64,000 nucleotides of DNA from Camelus ferus (Eukaryota), in contig NC_045696.1 in the NCBI RefSeq assembly GCF_009834535.1, positions 5,830,001-5,894,000 on the forward strand, read 5' to 3'. The translations under genes and the position numbers were made by a program. This document shows positions 24,346 to 36,105 of the stretch, one piece after another; the stretch's first letter is position 1, and each line of letters begins with the position of its first letter. The notes beneath the pieces are model-generated. The model was not told where the DNA came from, did not search any database, and saw nothing but the letters and a program-made list of their open reading frames with translations.

Positions 24346-27300
24346 GAGCAAAGGCTTGGCACTTGCTGGGTGCTGTAGGCATGTGGGATAGTCCTCAGTC
24401 CTCTGGGACAGGAGCACCCTGATGAAGTCATTAGGGCACGCTTCCCACGGTGGGGGGTGACCCCTTCATCGGGCGGGGTCGCTCCCCAGGTTGCCAAGGA
24501 AAATGGTTCTTTACAGGCGGCAGTAGACTGTTGCTCCCCCCTCTATAAAGGTGAAACAGTGAAACAAAATTCTCAGCGCCTTCTGGGGAAGCCAGGCTCC
24601 TTTTTAGAAAGCCAACATTGGCTCCAGCGGGGATGACGTGTTTCGTGATTTTTAAGTCTAACTTGGAGACTTTACAACAACCAATTAATCTTTTTCAAAA
24701 GACCCTATTAATGCAGCTGAGCCTTTTCTCTGAGATAATTGAGATGAAGCTTGAAAGAGATTTAAAGAGATTAAAAAAATCTTTTTTTAACAAACCCCTT
24801 TTATTTATTGAACAGCTAAAGGCAAAACCATCTGTTGCCATAGTGATTGCTTTTGGGGGCAAAATGGTAACCACACCGACAGAGTAAATGCGGCGTAAAA
24901 GGCCCACCAAGGTCCTGCGACGTGGCTCCTTCTCTCTCCGTCCTTTGTGGCTGCCCTTGGGTAACCGAGGAGTAAATGACTCCGAGTGTTTGCTGGTGTC
25001 GTTGGATAAGTTCGGAGCTTGGGCCGCGCTCAGGGTTCATGGCACTAATAACGGAACTGTTAGATGTGAGTTTCCTGGAGACAGCGACGGGAGCCTCGGG
25101 TGCTGAGGACACATTTCCTCTCGGGATGACTTTTGACCCTGTCCTCTTCCTAGGGGTCACTGACACTATTGTTGTGCTGGGTCAGTTTACACTGCGAATA
25201 ATTAAGCAGGGCTTGCTGCCGGAAAACCCAAAGCCAATTTGGGGCTGACATGTACCGTGCTGGCCCCAGTCATGACTCCGGCACCCCCCATGTAGGAGGA
25301 GTTCCCAGAGTTCTGAGACCTACCCTGGGAACAGTAATGTGGGGACGTGATCACACGGCTCTAGAACAGCGCTTTCTAGCATCTGCACGCCAAATTGTGA
25401 TCTGAAAATTAGAGGCCGTGCTCTGCTGCGTGCTGGCCCCTCTCTGCCTCTCCCTACAAAGCTCTCTGCAGCCATGCAGTTGAACTGAAGCCCCAGGCTG
25501 TCACTCTGCCTCTTTTGATCTTCCTTGCAGGTTTCAGACGGAGACAGGTTTGGTACCGAGGATCATTTTCACTTTGCAAATAGATGTGCAGGAAATCTGA
25601 TGGCAGCGTAATGTCAGAGACACTTTAATTCCTGAGCCCCAGCTTAGGTGAATGGGGAAAACCTCCAGACGGTTCTCTGTTAGACTTCCACCCCAGTCAT
25701 GCGGGGGCCGTTCCCTGAGCTGTTAGCACGGACACTGTAATTACGGGGAGAGACTGCCGGGTGTCACTGACAGCTCTGCTCCCAGGCGTAATGACCAGCT
25801 GGCCCCGGTGCGAGAGAGCTGACACTTCTGCTTCTGATGGAAACCAGATGCAAATGGGACCGTGTAATTGCAGGAAACCTTATTAACAGGACGGGGGCCC
25901 TGCCAAGGAGGGCACAACGATGGGGGAAGGCAGGCTTGGCTTTTGTTTTGTCTTTAAATGAAGAAGACTCTTTCGTCAGCACTTTGAAATGCTGACAATG
26001 GTCTGCAGTGGACTGTTCGAGAAATCACGCCAACAATTTTTGCATGTTTGACACTTTCTTACTTGGAAGTTGACGGGCTGGCAGAATAAGAGGGTACTTT
26101 TGCTTTCGGAATGAGTGTTTCGTGACTCTGTGACATGGGTCCTGGGTGGACTGGGACACCGTCGTGGGACATGGCATGTCTTACTGGACTGGAGGGTGTC
26201 CAGCCCACAGGCCGGCCCAGGTCACTTTGGCGAGAAAGGAAAACAGCATATTCATGTTTATTGCTTAAAATTAGAGCCTCATGAGTCTTGTTGGAGTCCC
26301 TGCAGAGTTTACTTCCACTTCCTTGCTCGACTGTTTTTCTCACTTCCTTAATATCTTAAAACCACAGGAAAAGGAACACATTGTTTCTTGCCAAAGGTTA
26401 TCTTCTGAAGAAGCACATTTGACTTTCCAAGGCACCAGGATTCCTGGCCTCGATGGAGAAATGCACTGATCTGGTGAACTTTTGAGATGAACGATCCAGG
26501 CAGAGAAAACATAGAGGGGCCCTGGGAGTCGGGACAGGCCTGGGCATAACAAGGCAGGAAGGCCACCGGGTGGGAGGGAGGGGCAGAGAGACCCTGAAAT
26601 CGGGACACACGCCAGCCGCCTTGATGTTTACCGTGATGGCGGCAGGTTGGGGAGGTGGGTCCTCTCTCTTCTCACTGCTCCAAAGACTGGCCCAACTGAC
26701 CCACGACAGTGGGGTTTCTTTGTGTTTTGGGGCGTGGTCACTTCAGGGCCCAAGTCTTGACCGGACTTTTAAGAATCCCTTTCATGGTCCAGGACCTCTG
26801 CGGGGAGGGTGGGAGCAGCCCCGTGGTAGGTACGCATGCTCCAGGGCTTCCGGGCTCCCACTGCCTGTCCTGTGCAGCCCCCATGGTCTCCCCAATTTAC
26901 TGGCCTCCCCTGTGTGACCCCCAACCCCCACGTTTCTGGTGCTCTGCCTAACTGGGTGCCTGGATGTGTGTTCTGGATGCTCCTGGTCTCTGCAGCTAGC
27001 TTTTCCTCGTCTGGAATACTCTCCTACCCTCCACGCCCAGCTGTGCCATCCTTGTTCCTCGGGCACAGTCCAAAGGTCAGTTCTGTGACCCTCTGTGTGG
27101 AAACTGCAGCTCAGTTCTCTGAGCCAGCCTGGCTGTCCCTGGTGGACGTCCGGGCGATGCCGAGCCATCCAGAGGCCAGCGAGGTTTTAGCCTCACCTTC
27201 ACCTCTTTGTACTTGGTGCAAACAAGCACAAACAACAGGTGTTTAATACATGTCAGCAGGAGGGACACATGGATTGTGTGTTGGGATCCTCCAGAGTTTT

Positions 27301-27476
27301 CAAGGAACTGAAAGAGAGTTCACCTTCAAAAAAGAGTATGTGAAGACTGTGCCCAGAAAGAAATACCTAGGAGGTTCAGCTGTCATGTCAGAAATAGGTG
27401 ACCCACATCCTGGCTGGAGACATGATGTTTTGTTCGAGAATTCTGAGTCAAAAGAAGACCAAGATTAAAGCCTTCA

Positions 27477-27648
27477 ATCCATCCATCCATCCACCCATCC
27501 ACCCACCCACCCATCCACCCACCCATTCACCCATCCATCCATCCACCCACCCACCCATCCACCCACCCATCCATCCATCCACCCACCCATCCATCCATCC
27601 ATCCATCAGAACATCCATCCATGTATCCATTTATCCATCCACCCATCC
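27477..27648. repeat. Compound (TCCA)n/(CCCA)n tetranucleotide microsatellite
   Basis: ~170 bp of mixed atcc/accc units seen directly. Confidence 0.95.
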
Positions 27649-29326
27649 CTTTATTTGTGTATTTCTTTCCCTTCACTTTTCCCAAATACTGATGAGAATA
27701 TGAAGACAAATAAGACAAGCTTCCAGGCTTGAGAAGCATCTAGATTTTTTTTCTCGGAGATTTTCGTGGCTATGTGATGATTATTAGAAGAGAATTCAAA
27801 ACAATATTTGAAAATGGGGACATGGATCCATGTACATTAGAGTACCTCTTGATGAAATGTTACACAGCCATAAAAAAGATGTTGGTTGCCATGGGCAGGC
27901 AATAATATGGAAGATAATGTAATATAATATTAAGTGGAAATGTGTATATAGCATTTGAAATAAATACATTCATTGGGATAAAGTCTGGAAGGAAGCAGAA
28001 GAAATGTGAGCAGCGGCTCGGGTGGTGGGATGTGGTGCCTCCTCCCCTTTATTCTGCTTCGGTGTGTTTCCCTTTCCCCCCTAGCCCATTCCCTCTGTGC
28101 TTCCCATTCTCACAGAGCAGAACGCTTCTGCAGGGATTCCTTCCATGCTCGCCTCACTTCCGTTTGACCACTTAAATCTCTAACAGTAGTTTGCTCCATG
28201 TAACAGGAAAGATACACTGTCTGTGATTAAAAAAAGAATGTGTATATATAAAATAAATACATAAAATATATTATAAATGCACACATATATACGTATAAAC
28301 ATGTATATAAATGTATACAAATATATGTATATTGTTTTAATTTTTCCCCCCAGATGTTTCTATTTTCAACCGAATTAAACCTGGGTGGGCTTTGCTGCTG
28401 GGCCATGCTGGACCCCCGACTGGGAGCCTGGATAAGAGCCCAAAGACTTCAAGTCAGTCACTTGAAAGCGAGCGTCACCTCGTCTGTGACCACACTGAAG
28501 AATTAGCTTTCAAGGGCCTTTCTTTGGGAGAAACTATTAAAAGGCCTGTTTATAAGCATGAATGGGAAGGCGCCTATTTCCACCGAGCGAATCACACTTT
28601 CCTCGGCTGATTTTAGCTCGTGGTGTTTATCTGGGCTTCAAATCTCTTGCAGTTTAATAGTCAATGTCACAGTTTCCCCGTGGTCACTTTTCACTGCGCG
28701 TCTCTGGAAACTCTCATTTTATCCGCTGCTGTTCCCTGGCTGGTGGTCCTGTGCACTCAGCCAGCTCCCCCGCTCCCCAGTTTCACTTCTGAAATTCATA
28801 CTGTCATGCGGCGGGACCCGTTTTTGTTGGCAGCCTCTGCACAGAGTAAGATTCTGAAGGATCTAGCATTCTCGAGGGCATGCGTATGTGGCTCCACTGC
28901 TTGGAAAAGACGGTGACTACTCTGGCACCCAAGGTCTGCAGTTACGTCTCTGCAGCCAGCTCAAACTTCAGGACCTGCAGACCTGGCCAGTAAGAGCTGA
29001 GGGCAGCTCTGCTGGGAGAGCAGGACCCTCCAACCACAAACTCACCTGTCTGGTGGGGGTGCTTTTGGGTCCCCCGCAGTGACCAGGCCTGGAGGCCCTC
29101 CTGCAGCCCCTCCTTGGGCTGGCTGGTGTTAATCGTCAGTGCTAGGCACACCTCGCCGTTACCGAGTCCTGACTCAGCCTGGAAAGAGCTGTCAGGGCCG
29201 TATATGAGTTACCTCCCTTAATCTGAGAAAACAGAGGGATCATCCGTGGTCATGCAGGAAGGTGCAGAGCCAGGCCTGCCCCATCTGCTGTGTCTTTCAA
29301 GACTTCACTCTTCACCCTTGTCCACT

Positions 29327-29843
29327 TGTTACCAAGTCCAAACTCATTCTCCTTGCCACACGACAGGCCAATAAATCGGGAGATGAGATGTTGGGGCAAA
29401 GAATAATGACTTTACTTGAAAAGCCCACAGACAAGAAAATGGGGGACTAATGTCCTGGAGAACCATCTTCCCCAAGTCAGAATTCAGGCTCCTTTTATAC
29501 TAGAAAAGGGGAGGGGTGTGGTTGGTTGTTGCAAACTTCTTGATGTCAGAATCCTTGGTTCTTGCAGCTGTCCATGTGGGTCAGGTCACGATGTCCCTGT
29601 AAATCCCCAAGAAGACATGCTGTTCTCTGTTCTGCAACTTCTTATCTCTATACGAATGGGGAAGTGTTCTACCCTTAAGGGCCAGAGCCTTGAGAATGGG
29701 CTCTCCTGTAGATTTCAGGCTCTAGGCCACATTCTGTCACAAAAGGTGCAGAACCAGCAGGACCCAGCACAGGAGACCGAGCCCAGGGTTGGAGCCAAGG
29801 GAACAGACCTCATATGGAGTCAGGTTTGTTCCTCCTTATGACA
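29327..29843 (-). mobile_element. ERV1-class solo LTR (LTR39/MER41-like appearance)
   Basis: TG...CA termini (tgttacc...atgaca). TATA-like GTATAAAAGG on the minus strand at 29491-29500. Shares the block gcctgaattct...agtcc with the LTR at ~49.5 kb. Confidence 0.8.
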
Positions 29844-30927
29844 CTCATGCATTCCTGCGTCTCGCTCAGCCACGCAGCATAAGGGACCCCTGGGCCCTCA
29901 GTTCCTACACTACTGGGTTTATATAGAGATAGGTGCCAAGAAAGAAAAGCCTACAGCAGAAACTCTGCCAGAGCAGCCCTGGTGGCCCTCGTGGAAAGCT
30001 CCCAGTGCTGGGACGAAGAAGAAGAGGGGACACGGGAGGAATGCAGGGGTGGACACACAACAGCCCCTGCCAGCAGGGAGGGCAGGCTGGGGAAACTTAG
30101 TTTAAAAATGCAATGACTTTGAAGCTCACGAGGACTCGGTGAAGGAGAATTAGAATTTGGCCTCAGTCTTCAAAAGGAAGGTCGCTGACACCAGGAGGAC
30201 CCTGTCAGGAGGGCTGTTTTGTGGGTCTGTGTGAAATGGTGCATCCACACCCCAGTAGGTAGCAGTTTATGGATCCCACCAAGTGAAGTTCTCTGTGACA
30301 TTACGTTCTCATCTGCCATCACTCTGGGCCTGTGTATCCAGCCCTCACCACACTCTGTCCCCCTGTCCTGGGCTAGGGGAGAAATCTGTGTTACTGTTTG
30401 CATTGGATGACATGGCATTTTTGGGGGGTAAATATGTTTTTGCTACTCTAGTTTTGAATTTTGTTGAGATGTTATATGAACAAATAGACCATTGAAGACA
30501 TCCTCTTCATGTGCACAATTCATTATTCATACCCAAAGCTTTCAGAAGGTTCAAAGTCCCAAAGAGGCAGAGAAGGCACAGAGGGTCACCGCTGAGCGGA
30601 GCTCTTTCAGAGCCCGCTGCTCGGTCTAACGTGGCCGTCGTGGAGCCGTGGGGCTTGATGGGTGGCCACCTCCCTGGACCCCGACCCTGCCATCGAAGCC
30701 ATGCATCGCCAAGTGCAAACATCCCTTTAGAGACCCACTCACATTCTGAGGACACTTTGGAAAAGAAAACAAAACAATGACAAGTCAGAGTTTCCCAAAT
30801 CTCCTAGCGGATGCGACGTGGCAAACAATGAAGCCAGCCTCTTATTCTTCACTGTTCATTTACTCAGACTAGAACTGACGTACTTCGAATACCCGGAAAA
30901 GGGGAACTCGTGTTCCTTGGTATCCCG

Positions 30928-30943
30928 GAAGAGGAAGTGAAAC
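30928..30943 (+). promoter_or_regulatory. PU.1:IRF composite element (EICE)
   Basis: GAAGAGGAAGTGAAAC contains a perfect GGAAnnGAAA, with additional ETS cores nearby. Confidence 0.45.
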
Positions 30944-32780
30944 AGACAAGCAAAACAATTCCATTCAAGAAAAAAAAAAAACAAAAAACCCCAAACTGCT
31001 TATAGAACTATGACTTGTGCCTTCAGTTACCTAGCCTTCTAAAATAAGAACAGTGCTCTGCACAGATGCTGAGAAGGCTTTTTAATAATGGCCCGAGGAA
31101 GTGAGGCGTCATCCTGGGCTCCGTGGGCGCAGGGCTTCCTGGGTCTTTGTGTTTGAAGATGATCCCCTGCCAAGCCGATTCTCCATCCAAAAGCCATGGC
31201 CCCTGGTTGGAAAACTGCCCACGGGCCACTGACCTTAAGAAGGAGCTGAGGAAGGCCCGCTAAGCGCCGTGCGCCTTGTCGGTGACTTCGGGTGGTGCTG
31301 TGGCTTTGCTTAGTCGGTTTAATTCAAGACAGGCAGCCTGTGGCTCTCAGCTCCTTCCAAAACGGGTCGCCCTTTCCATGGGGCTTCTCACCTGGACAGG
31401 TCCCCACCTCATCTGGGGAAACAGGACTTCCTGAGTGTATGCTGGCCAGTTTCTACACATGGGTTACGACATATGGGGGACGAGATGGGGACAAGGAGAG
31501 GTATCTCTTCTTCCTCCCTTGGTAACTAACTCGAGCTTTTTCTCAGGGTTGCTGGGAAGGGGCACTCCATCTGCTGTCACGGTGGCAGGTGAGCTGAGTG
31601 GAAGCTCGTGCGGCCGCACCTGTCGGCTGCTCCATCTCACTGAGGGGCGCAGACAGTGGGAATCTTTGCAAAAGACACTGTCGCATGGGGCCAATGCCCA
31701 GCCATCATCATGCTCTCAGTTACATGCAGGGCTCAGCCTGGGCCCACGAGCGCATGAATGTCCAGCCAGGCTGGTGGAGGAGACGTGAGGCAAAGTGGAT
31801 GGCGGGAAGGCAGAGGAGGTGGCCAGGAAGCCCACGGGCTCCTCGCCCCCCTCCTAGGCGAGCACTTCTCAACCACAGGTCGAATTCAAGGGTCCCAGAC
31901 TTGCTTGGGAATAAGCTGCACCCGCATTTCCTCCACCTCCAGCCTTGGATTGAATTTGGCATCTCCGTGCACGGCGGGGCCAGCGCCCCAGGTAACTTCC
32001 CATCGCATGACAGTTGCTGCAGAGATGCAGGGGTAGGGTTTGCCCCTCACTCCTTCCAGACGTCGGGCGGTGAGACTCACCGCTAGCTCTTGCTGACTGA
32101 TGAGTTCGCCGGGCACATCTGCTTGACACCAGAAACATCGAAACTGTTTGGCTCATGCTGTAAGTTTCAGCATCACCAGCTTCCTTTGTGGCCGTCTGTG
32201 TTTTATTTCACGTATTTGAGAACATTCTTCTGAGAAGGGTCCAGAGGCCCCCCAACACGGCCACGCACAGTAGGCACCTCCTTTTCCTTTTCAGAGGCCT
32301 TTTTCCTTTCTTTTGTCCTCAGCACCCAACGCTCCACTCTTCTCACGGAAACTCTGTGGGTGCTCCAGCTGAACTTGACCCCATGTTTCATGGGGAATTG
32401 GCACCAAGTTGGGGGGGTGGTGCTACCTTCCAGGCCAGGATGGCAGAGGCCCTGTGGTGGGAAGGGTCAGAGACTCGGTCAGCGTGGGGGCCAGGCGCCC
32501 GGGGAGCAGATGAAAAGTCTGGTCCTGGGCTTGGCTTTGCTTTGGTTTCCTCTCAAAGGCTGTGCTTGGCTCTCAGACCCTTCCGGTGTGGCTGGTCTTT
32601 TGACTGATGCTGGGTTTCTTAACCTCCACTGAGAGGTCCCTGGGGGACCCGGTGGTCAGGGAGATGAATAAAAGTTTTCTTTTTTTTCCCTTTAACTTTA
32701 AAGAGAGCTATTTTGTTATGAAAGTATTAATGTTTGTTCATTGTAGGAAAAAAAATGGTAAAACATCAACATTGCTTTCT

Positions 32781-32883
32781 TTTAAAATGTTTTTTCCCTC
32801 TTTTCCTTTTTAATTTTTTGGGAAGGTAATTATTAATTAATTAATTAATTACTTTAATGGAGGTGCTTGGGATTGAACGCAGG

Positions 32884-32914
<31 letters not shown>

Positions 32915-32934
32915 CTGAGCTGTCCCCTCTCCCC
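32781..32934 (-). mobile_element. Camelid tRNA-derived SINE (Vic-1-like)
   Basis: Minus strand reads gggg...agctcagtggtagagcgtgtgcttcgcatgcacgaggtcctgcgttcaatcccaagcacctccatt plus an AT-rich tail. 15-bp TSD tcaacattgctttct at 32766-32780 and 32935-32949. Confidence 0.88.
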
Positions 32935-33764
32935 TCAACATTGCTTTCTGCCACTCAGATGCTCTGCTAAGGATGTGGGGTCGATCTTTCCATCCTGGAA
33001 GGGACCCTGGTGTACATGCTGTTTGTAACCAGCTTTTATTGTCGCTTCGCAGTGTCTCATGAGCATCCTTGCACGTCAGAATGCTTTGCTCTCCAGTCCC
33101 TTCAATACGGCCTACGTTGTCAATGTGTGGAATTAATTTTTATCCCCAGTGTATTTGTTCAGCTTCCTGGTGTTCACACAGTGACGTTTTACTGTTATAA
33201 GTGATGCCCGTCTTGTGTCTATGAATCAGTATTCATTTAGCTCAGGAGAAAGTTTGTCTTTTGGGTCTCATTAATAAAGGAGGCTTTTGTTTCTTTCTGG
33301 CTATACTGTGTGACATAGAAATTACAATCAAAGCTGAACCTTCCAAGTCACCAGCTGGGGTAGCTGCCCATTTGGGAACAATGTCAGCCAAAACTCACGC
33401 AGTCTCTCTGTGGCCCAGGAACCAGCCAGATGTCAGGGGAGGTGCCCTCGCTGGCCCCGCCTGGGGCAGGGTGGAAGTGGGGAGGGGGCAGAGCCGGCCA
33501 GGGGGTGGTCAGCGTCCAAGGTGGGTGTCTGTGAGGGAGGAAAGGAAGGGAGAGTGTCGACTGAGCCATGAGTCAACTTCCTAGAAAGGTGGGGCGTGGG
33601 GAGTGTTGTGCTAAGTACAGGAAGTTCTAGAACCTAGGGGACCTGGCTTGGCTTTGTCTCTAATCAGCACCAGACCTTGGGTTTAACATGACCATTTGTG
33701 ACCTTTAGTTGAGCACCTACTTTTTCCTGAGTCTGGTCTGTTTTAAGGATCGAAATAGATACTT

Positions 33765-33866
33765 AAAAAAAAACTCCCCCCCTTACTGGAGGCAATGGGG
33801 ATTGAACCCAGGACCTCGTGTGCACCAAGCATGCACTCTACCAGGGCGCTGTACCCCTCAACCCCC
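33765..33866 (-). mobile_element. Camelid tRNA-derived SINE (Vic-1-like), diverged
   Basis: B-box ggttcaatccc on the minus strand; TSD aaatagaYactt at 33753-33764 and 33868-33879. Confidence 0.8.
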
Positions 33867-34279
33867 AAAATAGACACTTCTGGTAAAAGTGCTTAGGAGT
33901 CGCTTGTTTCTGTATAAAATGTGGAGAGTGCTGTTGGGATTAAAGGAAGCTAAGATCTAGTCCCTGCTGTAAGCAAACCTACCTTTCCTTAATAAACAGT
34001 GTCACCCTCCAAGTTGCCACTGGAAGAAGCCCCTTCTGAAGGCTTCCTTGCCCCCAAATACCTACCAAGGAGCCCTGTCACCTCCATTCTGACCTCAGGG
34101 TATCCCCTCTTTCACTCACCCTCAACCTGGGACCAAAGTCCCTGGAGACAGGCTGGGGGCCAAGGGTCTCAGGCTGACGCACCAGGACCTGCCAACCATC
34201 TGAACAAACCTGCTCTCCTCTGCCCTGAAAGGACCAGTGCCAGCCTCTGGAGTCTGGGCGGATGTGTGAGCTCTGGGCC

Positions 34280-34700
34280 TGTTTGGGGTTGCAGTGTGCC
34301 CCACAAAGACATACGCTGGAATCCTAACCCCCAGTAACGCAACAGTGACTTGACTTGGAGAGAGGGTCTTTACAGAGGTGATCGAGCTACAGTGAGGTCA
34401 TTAGGGTGGGCCCCGTTCCAACAGGACTGTGTCCTTATTAGAAGGGGAAATTTGGACACAGACAAGCACAGGGAGAGCGCATGTGAAGAGGGAGGCAGGC
34501 GGGGGCAATGCTTCTTAAAGCCAGCGGTGGCCAGCAAACCACCAGCAGGCGGTGGGAGACGCTTGGAACAGACCCTCCCTCATGGTCTTCAGCAGGAACC
34601 AACACAGCCCACGCCTTCATCTCAGACTTTCGGCCTCCAGTAAATTTCTGTTGTTTAAACCCCCTTGTCTGTGGGACTTTGCTGAGTAGCCAGGCCCTGA
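34280..34700 (+). mobile_element. MaLR solo LTR (MLT1B-like)
   Basis: atcctaacccccagta...gaggtcattagggtgggccc...gtgtccttattagaaggggaaatttggacacagac...taaatttctgttgtttaaac. Confidence 0.85.
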
Positions 34701-35413
34701 TCTGCACTGACCTCCTGGGAAACCCGACTGGCTCTGCGTTCTTGGCACTTCTGGTTTGCTTTCAGGCACCACTTGTTTGGGGCACCTAAAAACCAAAGAA
34801 AATCCCCCAACCAAAAACACCAACAAAAACCACAGAGGTGACAACTTGACTCCTTCTGGGTCCAGCTTCCACCACGGGAGGTGGCTGGCGAGAGGCTTCC
34901 TCCCCACTGGGTAAGGCTGCTCAGCTCAGCAAAAGCTGTGGGAAATTCAGCAAAGAAAGTCCCAGAACTGGCACTCTGTGTTTGTTGGGCTGACTAAGGA
35001 CCAGATCACGGGTGTCCACCATATGGACACAGCCAAGCTTTGCTTTTGAAAAGCCTTGAGTTTTGGCTCCCAACCCTGGCTGGGCATTAGAGTCACACAG
35101 GGGCTTCAAAAAATGGCCCACAAAAGAGCCTGCCATAGACCAACTCAGTCAGAATCTCCAGGGGGGCGGGACATCAGCATTTTACAGAAGGATTCTAGCA
35201 CACGTTTGGGCTTGGAGGCCACCGGTCCAGGGCGCTGTGGGCTGAGAGTTCTAGATCCAGCCAACGACCCTGCCTCCCCCACCTTCCCCGCCTCCCCCGC
35301 CTCCCCGAGCCTCTCCAGGCTTCAGCTCCGCTCACACAGGAGCCGGTGAGCACCAGCCCTGACCCGCCAGCCGTTCTCAGTCACCGCAGCACCTGACAGT
35401 CGTCCGCTGGAGT

Positions 35414-35837
35414 CCTGTGTGGGGCTGTCTCAAGTAACCAAGCACCACAGACTGGGTGCTCAGAACAACAGAGATGTGGCCTCTTACGGTTTGGGAGGCC
35501 AAAGTCAAGGTGTTGGCAGGGCTGGTTCCTCCTGGAGGCTCTGAGGGGCCCCCTAGCTCCTGGTGGTTCCCACAATCCTTGCTTTCCTTGGCTTGTGGAC
35601 ACATCACTCCAGTCTCTGCCTCCGTCTTCACATGGCCGTCCCCCTGTGCCTCTGTGTCTTTTCTGTCTGTCATATGGACACTAGTCATTGGAGTGATGTC
35701 CCGCCCTAATCCAGGGTGACCTCGTCTAGAGCTTGACCTTAATTACATCTGCAGTGACCCTCATTCCCAGTCAGGTCACATTCTGAGGTTCGGGGGGGGC
35801 ATATCTTCCATTGGGGAACACTGCTCAGCCCACAACA
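35414..35837 (-). mobile_element. MaLR solo LTR (MLT1C-like)
   Basis: aagtcaaggtgttggcagggctggttcctcctggaggctctgaggg...cttaattacatctgcagtgaccct...ctcagcccacaaca. Confidence 0.85.
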
Positions 35838-36065
35838 CCGGGACGGTTAGGAGAACCCTCACGTGCAGGCTCACCCCAAGTCGTGTTCACAGGCTTGGGA
35901 CCAGGACACTGGCCTGGGAGTCCAGCCTTGGTTGTAAAACCCAAAGGAGCCTTGTGCTTCCAGTTGCCTTTTATACTGAGAAATGGAAACTGAGGCGGGC
36001 TCAGTGGGGACCCATCCGGTGGAGGGGTCAGTGCAATTTCTAATCTTGTAGGGTCCTTAGTTGCG

Positions 36066-36105
36066 GTGTGTGTGTGTGTGTGCGCGCGCGCATGTGCGCA
36101 CATGT
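36066..36105. repeat. (TG)n(CG)n alternating purine-pyrimidine tract
   Basis: 40 bp of uninterrupted RY alternation, including a CG run and the palindrome catgtgcgcacatg. Confidence 0.9.

Noticed and set aside
27398..27739. HPPIHP/GWMD repeat proteins
   Set aside because: These are translations of the (TCCA)n microsatellite.
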